Assembly (NCBI GenBank): GCA_965226375.1
Contig: CBDDCX010000008.1
Span: forward strand, 1,568,001 to 1,632,000
Source of the DNA: Longimicrobiales bacterium
GTDB lineage: Bacteria > Gemmatimonadota > Gemmatimonadetes > Longimicrobiales > Gaopeijiaceae
Direction: 5' to 3'
DNA length: 64,000 nt
Below, in pieces: positions 31,775 to 41,124 of this stretch (the stretch's first letter is position 1; every line of letters begins with the position of its first letter). Under the pieces are notes generated by a model that was not told the DNA's origin, searched no databases, and saw nothing but the letters and a program-made list of their open reading frames with translations. The position numbers and the translations under genes are program-made.

Positions 31775-31934
31775 CTATTCCTCCCCTTCCCCCCTGGTCT
31801 TCCCGGAAAAAAAACGATGCTAGCGGTCGGTCCCATACGTTGGCAACATGCGCTCGTCATCTGTTATCCGAGATCGTCGCATGTGGGTGGTCCACCTGGA
31901 TGTTGCTGCCTGAGATTGGCGCAGATACAGTACG

Positions 31935-33170
31935 ATGATGGCCGTCATTGAATTGGATGATCTCTTCGCGGGGGAGGTGAACGCGCATCCCCATGAGTAC
32001 TTTGCGAACCTCCGCGAGACCGACCCCATACACTGGAACGAGCGGTTCCGGATCTGGGTGATCACGCGCTACGAAGACGTGGTGTGGATCCTCCGTCATC
32101 AGGAATTGTTCTCTTCTGCCGTCATCGAGTCGACATCGCAACCTCCGTATCCTCCGGTCGATGCTGCGGACGTGCCCCTGTACGACGAGGTGCGTACGTT
32201 TCGGGCCGATCAGCTGGTCGAGAAGGACAGGCCGGCCCATCTCGACATGCGCTCGGTGGTCCACAAGTACTTCACTCCGGGTGAGATGGAGGCCTGGCGC
32301 CCCTTCGTCCGCGACGCCGTGGCAGAGTTGTTGGACGAGATCGAACCCCGAGGGCGCATGAACGTCCTCACCGACTTTGCGGCGGCCCTGCCGGTGCGTG
32401 TCATCGCCGAGATGATGGGCGTCCCGTACCAGGATCGGGATCATCTACGGGAGCTGGCCGACAAGATCTTGTGGGCCAACCGCGGCGAGTCGTATCGGCT
32501 CCAACCTCTCACCGACGGCATGAGAGGCCTGATCGAATACTGCGAGCCCCTGGTCGAAGCGCGAATGGCCGATCCGACCAACGACTTCATTTCGGTGTTG
32601 GTGGAGGGTGAGAAGGCCGGCGTGTTCACACGGTATCAGGTGCTCGTCAACACGGCCCTGCTTCTCTTCGCGGGCCACGAGACGAGCATGAATCTGATCT
32701 GCAACGGCCTGCTCGCCTTCATTCACCATCCCGATCAGTGGGATCGACTCAAAGCCGATCCGAGCGGGATGGCCCGACTGGCCACCGAAGAGTGCCTCCG
32801 GTACGATCCGCCCGTTAAATCCACCCAGCGGGTCGCGGTTCAGGACGTGGAGATCGGCGGCAAAACCATCCGCAAGGGTGACCGTATCCGCTGGATCATG
32901 GCGTCGGCGAATCGTGACCCTGATGTGTTTCCTGATCCCGACCGATTCGACATCGGCCGCCAGCCCAATCCGCATATCTCGTTCGGTTCCGGGATTCACT
33001 ACTGCTTGGGCTCCACGTTGGCTCGAATCGAGGGACAGGAAGTGTTCCGCGGTTTCGCCGAACGCTTCGACTCCTTCGTGGTGGAGACAGAAGGTCTCGA
33101 ATACCAACCGAGCCTCCAATTCCGGTCGCTCAAGTCACTGCCCGTGAGGTGGGGAAAGGAGCTCCAGTGA
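31935..33170 (+). CDS. Cytochrome P450
   Basis: AGHETS, EECLR and heme motif FGSGIHYCLG. Confidence 0.95.
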   Translation: MMAVIELDDLFAGEVNAHPHEYFANLRETDPIHWNERFRIWVITRYEDVVWILRHQELFSSAVIESTSQPPYPPVDAADVPLYDEVRTFRADQLVEKDRPAHLDMRSVVHKYFTPGEMEAWRPFVRDAVAELLDEIEPRGRMNVLTDFAAALPVRVIAEMMGVPYQDRDHLRELADKILWANRGESYRLQPLTDGMRGLIEYCEPLVEARMADPTNDFISVLVEGEKAGVFTRYQVLVNTALLLFAGHETSMNLICNGLLAFIHHPDQWDRLKADPSGMARLATEECLRYDPPVKSTQRVAVQDVEIGGKTIRKGDRIRWIMASANRDPDVFPDPDRFDIGRQPNPHISFGSGIHYCLGSTLARIEGQEVFRGFAERFDSFVVETEGLEYQPSLQFRSLKSLPVRWGKELQ

Positions 33171-33400
33171 CGCAGCGACTCCGGGTGTGGGTGGACCACA
33201 CTCGCTGTGTCGGCAACGCCATGTGTGTCGCCACGGCGCCGGGGGTCTTCGCACACAACGACGACCGACAGTCAGAGGTCGTCGACCCCGAGGGGGATAC
33301 TCGCGACGCCATCCTGGAGGCGGCCTCCAACTGTCCGACCGGCGCCATCCAGGTCGAAGACGCGGACACGGGCGCACCTATCCAGCCAGGATCTCATTGA
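33167..33400 (+). CDS. Ferredoxin (single-cluster, P450-associated type)
   Basis: CVGNAMC...CPTGAI motif; GTGA overlap with the P450 stop. Confidence 0.9.
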   Translation: MTQRLRVWVDHTRCVGNAMCVATAPGVFAHNDDRQSEVVDPEGDTRDAILEAASNCPTGAIQVEDADTGAPIQPGSH

Positions 33401-34236
33401 TGCCCAAGACCATGGGATCGCCCAAGCCGTCCACGGAAGGACGCCCGATTTCGACCTTGGACTTCCTGGCCATGAAGGAACGTGGCGAGAAGATCGTGAT
33501 GACGACCGCCTACGATGCCCTGTTCGCATCCCTCGTCGACCGCGCCGGCGTGGACGCGATCCTGGTCGGCGATTCGGTGGCCACCGTCCTGGGTGGGCAC
33601 GAAACCACCTTGCCCGCGACCGTTGAGCAGATGATCTATCACGGACGCATGGTTCGTCGCGGTACTCACCGTGCGCTCGTCGTGGTCGACATGCCTTTCC
33701 TGAGCTACCAAGTGTCCGTCGAAGAGGCCCTGCGGAACGCCGGGACCGTGCTCAAGCAGACAGGAGCCGCAGCCGTAAAGCTGGAGGGTGGGCAAACGGT
33801 AGCCCCCACGATTCGCGCACTCGTCGACGCCGGCATACCGGTGATGGGTCACCTGGGCCTCACGCCTCAATCGGTTCACGCACTGGGCGGCTATCGCGTT
33901 CAAGGAAAAGAAGAGGCGGCCGCAGAACAGCTGATCGCCGACGCGAGGCGCCTCGAAGAGGCAGGCGTATTCTCTATCGTCTTGGAGCTGATCCCGGCGG
34001 CGGTGGCGGAGCGCGTTTCAGAGGCGGTGTCCGTGCCAACGATCGGGATTGGCGCCGGCCCCGGTTGCGATGGCCAGGTGTTGGTGCTGCACGACCTTTT
34101 GGGCTTCAATGAGGATTTCCAACCCAAATTTCTCAAGCGATACGCCGAGCTGGGTGTGGCCGTGCGCGAGGCGCTGACCGAATACGGTCGACAAGTGCGC
34201 TCGGGAGAGTACCCCGACGCGACGCACAGTCACTAG
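33400..34236 (+). CDS. panB: 3-methyl-2-oxobutanoate hydroxymethyltransferase
   Basis: TAYDA, LVGDS, DMPFLSY, VKLEGG, GHLGLTPQS and GIGAG motifs. Confidence 0.96.
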   Translation: MPKTMGSPKPSTEGRPISTLDFLAMKERGEKIVMTTAYDALFASLVDRAGVDAILVGDSVATVLGGHETTLPATVEQMIYHGRMVRRGTHRALVVVDMPFLSYQVSVEEALRNAGTVLKQTGAAAVKLEGGQTVAPTIRALVDAGIPVMGHLGLTPQSVHALGGYRVQGKEEAAAEQLIADARRLEEAGVFSIVLELIPAAVAERVSEAVSVPTIGIGAGPGCDGQVLVLHDLLGFNEDFQPKFLKRYAELGVAVREALTEYGRQVRSGEYPDATHSH

Positions 34237-34278
34237 GCGCGGCGTGACGAACTGCTGCCTCGACACTGACGGCCCCCA

Positions 34279-35592
34279 GTGAGACACGACCTGGGCGGTG
34301 AGCCGGCGACTCGTCCTTCGCCTTCGGTTGAACTTGGCCTGGGCGCGAATTGGCAGCAGTTCAGCCTCCTGGTGCTCATCAACGCCTTCGTGGGCGCCAT
34401 GGTCGGGCTCGAACGCACGGTGCTGCCCCTCTTGGCCGAAGAGGAGTTCGGCCTCGCGTCCACGACGGTGGTGCTCTCGTTCCTGGTCTCCTTCGGGCTG
34501 GTAAAGGCCGCGACGAATTTCTTCGCGGGGCGGCTGGGAGATCTGTACGGACGAAAGCCCATCCTGGTGCTCGGCTGGTGTGTGGGACTACCGGTGCCAC
34601 TGATGATCATGTGGGCGCCGTCGTGGGGTTGGGTGGTCGCGGCCAACGTGCTCCTCGGCATCAACCAAGGCCTCGCGTGGTCCACGACCGTCATCATGAA
34701 GATCGATCTGGCGGGGCCACGGCAGCGGGGCCTCGCCATGGGTCTCAACGAATTCGCCGGCTATGTGGCCGTGGCTCTGTCTGCGCTCGGTACCGGATAC
34801 ATCGCCGGGGCGTATGGGCTTCGGCCGGAGCCCTTCTACCTGGGGCTCGGATTCGCGGCGCTCGGCTTGGCGCTGTCCGTGGTCTTCGTGAAGGAGACGC
34901 GGGGCCACTCGGTGGTGGAGGCGGCTCAGGCGGCAAGCGGAGCCGGATCTGCCCCGACCGCCGCTATCCCGCCTCCCGACCCCGTCGCACCCAGCACTCG
35001 AGAGATCTTCGCGACCGTGAGTTGGAAGCACCCAGCACTGTCCAGCGCGAGTCATGCCGGGCTGGTCAACAACCTGAACGACGGGCTCGCTTGGGGGCTT
35101 TTTCCGCTCTTCTTCGCCGCCTCCGGATTGGATGTTGTAAGCATCGGTGTCCTGACGTTCGTGTATCCCTTCACGTGGGGGATCGTGCAGCTCTGGACTG
35201 GAGCGTTGTCGGACCGGGTCGGCCGCAAGGGTCTGATCGCCGGAGGCATGCTGGTCCAGGCGGCGGCGCTGGCGGCCCTTGCGATGCTGGACGGATTCGG
35301 AGTGTGGGCCGGTGCTTCCGCGTTACTCGGAATCGGCACGGCCATGGTGTATCCGACGCTTCTTGCCGCCATCGCGGACGTCGCTCATCCAAGCTGGCGC
35401 GGTTCGGCCGTCGGTGTGTACCGGCTCTGGCGCGATAGCGGCTACGCCGTGGGCGGGTTGCTGGCGGGCACGTTGGCCGACCTCTTCGGGATGCGGGCTG
35501 CGATCATGGCGGTAGCGGTCCTCACGGGGCTGACCGGGCTTGGCGTGGCGAAGCGAATGCCGGAGACCCTACAGCGGACCAACGACGGGTAG
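34279..35592 (+). CDS. MFS transporter
   Basis: GRLGDLYGRK and LSDRVGRK motifs; about 12 hydrophobic segments. Confidence 0.92.
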   Translation: MRHDLGGEPATRPSPSVELGLGANWQQFSLLVLINAFVGAMVGLERTVLPLLAEEEFGLASTTVVLSFLVSFGLVKAATNFFAGRLGDLYGRKPILVLGWCVGLPVPLMIMWAPSWGWVVAANVLLGINQGLAWSTTVIMKIDLAGPRQRGLAMGLNEFAGYVAVALSALGTGYIAGAYGLRPEPFYLGLGFAALGLALSVVFVKETRGHSVVEAAQAASGAGSAPTAAIPPPDPVAPSTREIFATVSWKHPALSSASHAGLVNNLNDGLAWGLFPLFFAASGLDVVSIGVLTFVYPFTWGIVQLWTGALSDRVGRKGLIAGGMLVQAAALAALAMLDGFGVWAGASALLGIGTAMVYPTLLAAIADVAHPSWRGSAVGVYRLWRDSGYAVGGLLAGTLADLFGMRAAIMAVAVLTGLTGLGVAKRMPETLQRTNDG

Positions 35593-35743
35593 GGGAGCCG
35601 TTTTGTCCGGAGTCGGCATCCGGCTCGCGCGCTCCGGTCGCGGTAGGCATCTTGGTCGCGCAGCAACATCGCGAGACGAGCGGCGGCCTCCGCCTGATTG
35701 CTTCAGGCCTTGATCTGATCGATCCGTGTTTGGGGGGAACTTC

Positions 35744-37081
35744 TTGCAACCTGAGACTCACTACGCCAAGAGCGGGAACGTCAACATCGCCTACCAGGTC
35801 ACCGGGAGCGGCTCGCTCGACCTGGTGCTGGTGCCGGGTTGGGTGTCCCATGTGGAGCACGCCTGGGAGGAACCCTCCTTCTCGGGCTTTCTTCACCGCT
35901 TAGCATCGTTCTCACGTTTGATCTTCCTGGACCGCCGGGGAACGGGCCTCTCCGATCCAGTGGCTGGCTTGCCGACGCTGGAGGAGCGGATGGATGACGT
36001 CCGCGCCGTGATGGACGCCGCCGGCTCGGAGCGTGCGGCTCTCTTCGGCATCTCCGAAGGCGGTCCGATGTGCTCGCTGTTCGCTGCGACGTACCCCAAG
36101 AGAACCACCGCGCTGGTGCTGTACGGCACGATGGCCAGGGGTATGAGGGATGCCGACTACCCATGGGGAAGTGACGACGACCAGGCCATCCGGTTCCTCG
36201 ACAGAATCGAGCGCGAGTGGGGCAAAGGCATGACCGCGAAGCTCTTCGCCCCAAGCATCGCCCAGGATGAGCGGGAGGTTCGATCCTGGGCGAAGTTCGA
36301 GCGCCGGGCGGTCAGTCCCGGGGGGGCTCGGGTCCTGATTAAGATGGCGCTAGACACTGATGTGAGGGGTGTGCTGCCCACCATCCGGGTCCCCACTCTT
36401 GTCATGCACCGAGCCGGTGATCGCGCCACGCCGGTGGGCGGAGGCCGCTACATCGCGAGACAGATTCCCGGTGCCAAGTATGTCGAGTTCGACGGCATCG
36501 ATCACTTTCCCTGGGTCGGCGACTCGCACGCAGTCTTGGGCGAGCTGGAGGAGTTCCTCACCGGCGTGAGGCACGGACCGGAGCCCGATCGTGTGCTCGC
36601 CACCGTGATGTTCACTGACATCGTCGGCTCCACGGAGCATGCTGTGGCACTGGGGGATCGCCGGTGGCGAAATATGCTCGACCGCTACTACGCCGAGACA
36701 CGAAGGTACCTGAAGATCTTTCGTGGACGGGAAGTAGACACAGCAGGGGACGGATTCTTCGCTACCTTCGACGGGCCCGCACGTGGGGTTCGCTGTGCGT
36801 GTGCGATCCGTGACGCCGTCTCTGACTTGGGGATTGCGATTCGGGCGGGCCTGCACACCGGCGAATACGAGGTGGTGGATGACAGGGTGGTCGGAATCGC
36901 AGTACACGTCGGAGCCCGCGTCGCGGGCCGTGCGGAGGGGGATGAGGTTCTCGTCTCCACGACCGTCAAGGATCTCGTTGCCGGTTCCGGCCTCGGATTC
37001 GGTGACCGCGGAACGCATGTCCTGAAGGGCATACCAGGCGAGTGGCGTCTCTTCGCGGCGTCCGAAGGCGTTGCGGAGTGA
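35744..37081 (+). CDS. Alpha/beta hydrolase - class III adenylate/guanylate cyclase fusion (LipJ-like)
   Basis: DRRGTGLSD and GISEG motifs, then FTDIVGST, GDG and RAGLHTG. TTG start inferred. Confidence 0.9.
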   Translation: MQPETHYAKSGNVNIAYQVTGSGSLDLVLVPGWVSHVEHAWEEPSFSGFLHRLASFSRLIFLDRRGTGLSDPVAGLPTLEERMDDVRAVMDAAGSERAALFGISEGGPMCSLFAATYPKRTTALVLYGTMARGMRDADYPWGSDDDQAIRFLDRIEREWGKGMTAKLFAPSIAQDEREVRSWAKFERRAVSPGGARVLIKMALDTDVRGVLPTIRVPTLVMHRAGDRATPVGGGRYIARQIPGAKYVEFDGIDHFPWVGDSHAVLGELEEFLTGVRHGPEPDRVLATVMFTDIVGSTEHAVALGDRRWRNMLDRYYAETRRYLKIFRGREVDTAGDGFFATFDGPARGVRCACAIRDAVSDLGIAIRAGLHTGEYEVVDDRVVGIAVHVGARVAGRAEGDEVLVSTTVKDLVAGSGLGFGDRGTHVLKGIPGEWRLFAASEGVAE

Positions 37082-38147
37082 AGATGGGCGCTAGTGTCCG
37101 GAGCGACTCGCCGTGCTTGCGCATGATGAGTACCGAGTCACCGAACTCGTGTGAGCGGTAGCCATCCTGCTCGAGCGCGCGACTCATGCGCTGTAGCACC
37201 ACGTCACTCGCGAACGCGGCCAGCAACTGGTAGTGGCTCTCACCGGGTTCGTGGGCTCCGCTGACGATGCCGTCGACCACAGCGAGTCGCGTTTGTGCGC
37301 CAATGCGTTGAGTAGCCAGGCCGGCTCCAGGTTGCAGCACACCTCCATCTAAAGCGGCATGCTCCAGGGCACGGGTCACTGTGGTGCCGAGCGCAATCAC
37401 GCGACCGCCTCCCGCTTTTGTCCGGGAGATCGCCCGCACGGTCGCCCGAGGCAGATGGTATGCCTCATCGAACGGCAACCTGGCGTCGAGTGCTGGATCG
37501 CCAGTCGACGAAATCCCGGCCGCAAGCGTCAGGGTCGCGAAGCCGACTCCGCGAGCCTTCAGCTCCGGCAGGAACGCCCAGTCGACTACGAAGCTCGCGG
37601 ATGGAGGCTCGAACGAGACGGGTAGCGCTGCGATCCGCGTCCAAGCGTCCCACATCACTAGCGGCCGATCGAGGTGCGAGTACTGGATCGGTGTACCGTG
37701 TCCTGCGATGCCGCCCCAGATCTCATCGGGGGTGCCGACGAAGCTCAGCTCTACTAGGCGCGGGTGGCCGAGAGACTTCGTCACGGTGGCCCTCAAGGGT
37801 CCCAGCCTCAGGGCGTCGCCGATGCGAAGTGTGGGGGGCGCCGCACGGTCTTCCGTGCGCGTTCGATAATCTCCTCTGCCGAAGACGATCGCGGTAAAGT
37901 CGTACACGTCGTCGACGGACAGAGACGGCCGACCGGCCAACCGAATTTCGATCGCAACTCCGCTGGGCTCATGGGATCCGCCGAGGCTCGCCGGTATCGT
38001 GGCGGCATCGTTCGCGACGACCAGATCGCCGGGGGCCACGAAGCGAGCCAGCTGCGTCCTCCCAACATGTTCGAACCTTCCGTCACCATGAACGACGAGC
38101 ATCCGGGGGCGGGGCCGACGCTGCAACGGTGTGGTGGCGGCCTTCAC
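36966..38147 (-). CDS. QueA-like S-adenosylmethionine:tRNA ribosyltransferase-isomerase paralog
   Basis: GDLVVAND, FEPPSAS, RVIALGTTVTRALE, HEPGESH and YRSHEFGDS motifs. The 3' end overlaps the convergent cyclase gene. Confidence 0.82.
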   Translation of the reverse strand: MKAATTPLQRRPRPRMLVVHGDGRFEHVGRTQLARFVAPGDLVVANDAATIPASLGGSHEPSGVAIEIRLAGRPSLSVDDVYDFTAIVFGRGDYRTRTEDRAAPPTLRIGDALRLGPLRATVTKSLGHPRLVELSFVGTPDEIWGGIAGHGTPIQYSHLDRPLVMWDAWTRIAALPVSFEPPSASFVVDWAFLPELKARGVGFATLTLAAGISSTGDPALDARLPFDEAYHLPRATVRAISRTKAGGGRVIALGTTVTRALEHAALDGGVLQPGAGLATQRIGAQTRLAVVDGIVSGAHEPGESHYQLLAAFASDVVLQRMSRALEQDGYRSHEFGDSVLIMRKHGESLRTLAPIFTPQRLRTPRRDATRLVCPSGHAFRGHRIRGRNRQRDP

Positions 38148-38860
38148 GTCTTGGCTCCGGCATGTTGGGCGAACGCTTCAATGGACGCGACAATTTCCAG
38201 AGCGGCGTCGCTCGGGTGCTTGAGGTCCGCCGGGTCGGCGTCGGGCACGGCCAAGGCGTGCAGGGGCGTGTCCATGTCGCCAGGATCGATCGACTCCACC
38301 CGCACTCCGTGAGGCTGAAGTTCCTCGTCCCAGATCCTGCTCATGTGCAGGAGTGCCGCCTTGCTCGCTCCATAAGCTCCCCAGCGTGCGTAAGGAGTGA
38401 CCGCAGCGTCGCTGCTGATGTTGACGACCAGCGCCGGCCGGCCATCGCGGGCGGATGCACCGAGAGCACCGAGTAGGGCCTTGGTCAGACGAAACGGACC
38501 GATCACGTTCGTGGCCAACGCCGCCTCCAGATCTTCACAATCCGTATCGGCCAGCAATGCGAGCGGTACCGGGCCGAGCGCCGATGCATTGTTGATGAGA
38601 ATATCGAGTCCGCCGAGCGACGCAGTGATCTGCATTGCCATAGGGTAGGTGGCGTCCTTCTGTGACACGTCGCCCGCAATGCCGTGGGTTCCCACGTGCT
38701 GTCGGGTCACGTCGCTCACCCGCCCTTGGTGCCGAGCCACGAACGCCACGGCCGCCCCCCGCGCGTGAAGCGCCCCTACGAGCGCGAGCCCAAGGCCCGA
38801 CGTGCCCCCGGTGACGGCGACACGTAGACCACTCAGTATGGAGGTATCGGTGGAGGTCAT
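38144..38860 (-). CDS. Short-chain dehydrogenase/reductase
   Basis: TGGTSGLG, NNAS, YGASK and DPGDMDT motifs. Confidence 0.93.
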   Translation of the reverse strand: MTSTDTSILSGLRVAVTGGTSGLGLALVGALHARGAAVAFVARHQGRVSDVTRQHVGTHGIAGDVSQKDATYPMAMQITASLGGLDILINNASALGPVPLALLADTDCEDLEAALATNVIGPFRLTKALLGALGASARDGRPALVVNISSDAAVTPYARWGAYGASKAALLHMSRIWDEELQPHGVRVESIDPGDMDTPLHALAVPDADPADLKHPSDAALEIVASIEAFAQHAGAKT

Positions 38861-38905
38861 GACTCGCTCCTTTCGCCTCAAGTCCGCGATCAATCGAATT
38901 CACCG

Positions 38906-38936
38906 AATCTACAAGTTCAAGTAAACTTGAGGTCAA
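38906..38936 (-). promoter_or_regulatory. SoxR/MerR-type promoter with SoxR box
   Basis: Minus strand TTGACC-N19-TAGATT containing the dyad CCTCAAGTTTACTTGAAC; the SoxR consensus is CCTCAAGTTAACTTGAGG. Confidence 0.85.
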
Positions 38937-39047
38937 GGCCTTCATCTATTCGGGGAGTTGCCTGGCGCCGACATCGGCGTCGGTGAAGATTGCGGTTCGG
39001 GTACGCGACGGCTGCTCGACCGCACCGCTGTAAGCGAGGAGTGACCC

Positions 39048-39476
39048 ATGCTGATTGCCAGGCTCGTGGCCCTCATCGAGGACCACGCTGACGAGTTGAC
39101 AGCTCGGTTGGTGCGGAGGCTCCGCGAAGATCCCCGCACGAGCGAGTACCGCCGGTTTGACGAAGCCGAGCTCGGTAGACGAGTTCACGATGTATACGCC
39201 GACCTGGGCGGCTGGTTGGAGCGGGCCTCCGAGGGCCGCGTGGAGGAGGAGTATTTTCGGCTGGGAAATACCCGCCGTACAGAGGGAATCGCACCATCTC
39301 AGGTGGTCAGCGCTCTCCTTCTGACACGTCGCAACCTCTGGGAATTCGTCGATTCGGTGGGCGGCGATACCGTCTTGGAGCTTCGCCAGCAGTTGGATCT
39401 CGAGTTGCTCGTCGTTCGGTTCTTCGACCGAGCGATTTACCATACGGTGAGGGGATACGAGTCTACAACCCAGTAG
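39048..39476 (+). CDS. Hypothetical all-alpha protein (RsbRD N-terminal / globin-like sensor-like)
   Basis: GAGGAG RBS; helical sequence with LGxxRRxEGI and FFDRAIY motifs. Confidence 0.65.
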   Translation: MLIARLVALIEDHADELTARLVRRLREDPRTSEYRRFDEAELGRRVHDVYADLGGWLERASEGRVEEEYFRLGNTRRTEGIAPSQVVSALLLTRRNLWEFVDSVGGDTVLELRQQLDLELLVVRFFDRAIYHTVRGYESTTQ

Positions 39477-39553
39477 AATCACGGATGTCCGCCGATCGGA
39501 CGGGAGGGGCCGAGGCGAGTCCGACTCAGTCCGCCCGAGCCGTTGTAGCCCCG

Positions 39554-39991
39554 CTACTCCCCCTGCTGCGTCGAGATCGTGAGCTTGAAACCATCCGGAT
39601 CGACCAGGGTGAACGCTCGGCCCCACGGGTTGTCCGTCGGCGGGGTCTCCAGCGTACCTCCCCGCTCTTCGATCCCCGCCGCGACGGCGTCCACGTCATC
39701 CGCCGTCGTCATGATGAGCCGGAACGCCTCGCCCTTCACGCGGTCGCGGCCTTTGGCCCAGTCGTCCTGGCCCAGGAAGAGGCTGGCGGTACCGGCCACG
39801 AGAGCGGCGCCGCCCAGCTTACCCTCGTGCTCCCAGGTTTCCTCCACATGGAATCCCACCACGTCTCGATACCACACGAGGCTCGCATCGATGTCTCCGA
39901 CGGTCAGCATGGGCGAAATGTTACGCAGGCGAAGAGTGTCGGGGGTGTCGTGGTCTCTCCGGTCTTCAGGCACATCGGATTCTGTGCTCAT
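39554..39991 (-). CDS. VOC/glyoxalase family protein
   Basis: PMLTVGDIDASLVWYRDVVGF and PWGRAFTLVDPDG motifs. Confidence 0.88.
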   Translation of the reverse strand: MSTESDVPEDRRDHDTPDTLRLRNISPMLTVGDIDASLVWYRDVVGFHVEETWEHEGKLGGAALVAGTASLFLGQDDWAKGRDRVKGEAFRLIMTTADDVDAVAAGIEERGGTLETPPTDNPWGRAFTLVDPDGFKLTISTQQGE

Positions 39992-40180
39992 GGGGATGCT
40001 CCCTGGCGGCGGTGTGACTGGGGCGGACCATCAGCGGCGCCCCTGCTGGGCCACAAACTAGGTGCGCGAGTCGGATTTCGCTCGCCGGAGTGCTGACGTG
40101 ACGTCAACAGGACTCCAGAAACAACTAACGGGACCCGTCGTATTCATCATCGACGCCCGCAGTCAGGGCGTGCATTGAAT

Positions 40181-40225
40181 GAGGCCGTCGGTATTTTCCC
40201 TTGGCGAGAAGCGACCGGCGGCCTC
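40181..40225. terminator. Intergenic stem-loop, possible terminator
   Basis: GAGGCCGTCGGT...ACCGGCGGCCTC inverted repeat about 30 bp downstream of the hydrolase stop. Confidence 0.4.
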
Positions 40226-40254
40226 GCTTTGCGCCCACCAACCAGGTGTGGGGC

Positions 40255-41100
40255 TCAAGAATCCCCACTGCCTCCGCCGCCCTCGATCACCGAGTGCCGC
40301 TCAAGGAAGTCCTTCACGTCCGCGATGAACGCGTCCCAATCCGGAGGACAGTCGTTGTGGCCACAGTCCCACTCGATCAACTCGGCGTCGGGTCGGGCAT
40401 CGGCCAAGGCTCGCGCGTGAGTGAAGGGGATGATGTCATCGTTGAGACCGTGCATGAGTAGCAGCGGCCCATCGAAGGATCGAACGACCGTCTCGTTGTC
40501 GTAGGCGTCCCGGACGAGAAAGCGCGGCACCCTGTACGCTTCCCATGCCATCCTGGACAGCGAGCTGAACGTGGACTGGAGGATCAGCGCCCGCACCGGC
40601 CGGCTGGCCACCAGGTCGGTGGCGGCCCCTCCCCCGATCGAACGCCCCATGACCACGATGCGCTCGGGGTCGACATCGGGGCGCTCCACAAGCCAGTCGT
40701 AACCAGCGAGGAACGCCGCAGCGATCTCCGACCGGGACGTCTCGCCGGCCGAATGGCCATAGCCCGGGAACTCGACGAGCAGAACGCCCACTCCGAGCCG
40801 GGTCAGCTCCGCCAGGCCGGTCCAATCCTCGATGAGCTCCGCGTTGCCATGGGCAAAGACGAGTGCCGGCCCAGGGCGACCGACCGGTTCGGCCTCCATG
40901 TACCACGCCTCTACGAGCCCGGCATGCAGCTCCAACCGTACACGGTGCATCCCCGGTCCCAGATCCGACGACACACTCTTCTCGGGAACCCTTCCTCCTC
41001 CGGGAAACAACATCCGACGCTGGAGAAAGAACAGAACGACCGCGTACCCCAGGTAGGCCAGTGTCGCGACCTTGATTGCTGAAATCAGCAGTTCCCGCAC
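40255..41100 (-). CDS. Membrane-anchored alpha/beta hydrolase
   Basis: HGNAE, PGYG, GRSIG, HGLNDDII and GHND motifs. Confidence 0.9.
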   Translation of the reverse strand: MRELLISAIKVATLAYLGYAVVLFFLQRRMLFPGGGRVPEKSVSSDLGPGMHRVRLELHAGLVEAWYMEAEPVGRPGPALVFAHGNAELIEDWTGLAELTRLGVGVLLVEFPGYGHSAGETSRSEIAAAFLAGYDWLVERPDVDPERIVVMGRSIGGGAATDLVASRPVRALILQSTFSSLSRMAWEAYRVPRFLVRDAYDNETVVRSFDGPLLLMHGLNDDIIPFTHARALADARPDAELIEWDCGHNDCPPDWDAFIADVKDFLERHSVIEGGGGSGDS

Positions 41101-41124
41101 CGGTCGGCTACCGCTTACGGGCTA

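Noticed and set aside
38940..39045. Possible soxR remnant next to the SoxR box
   Set aside because: I found no MerR HTH or CIGCGC cluster motif in the plus-strand frames I translated.
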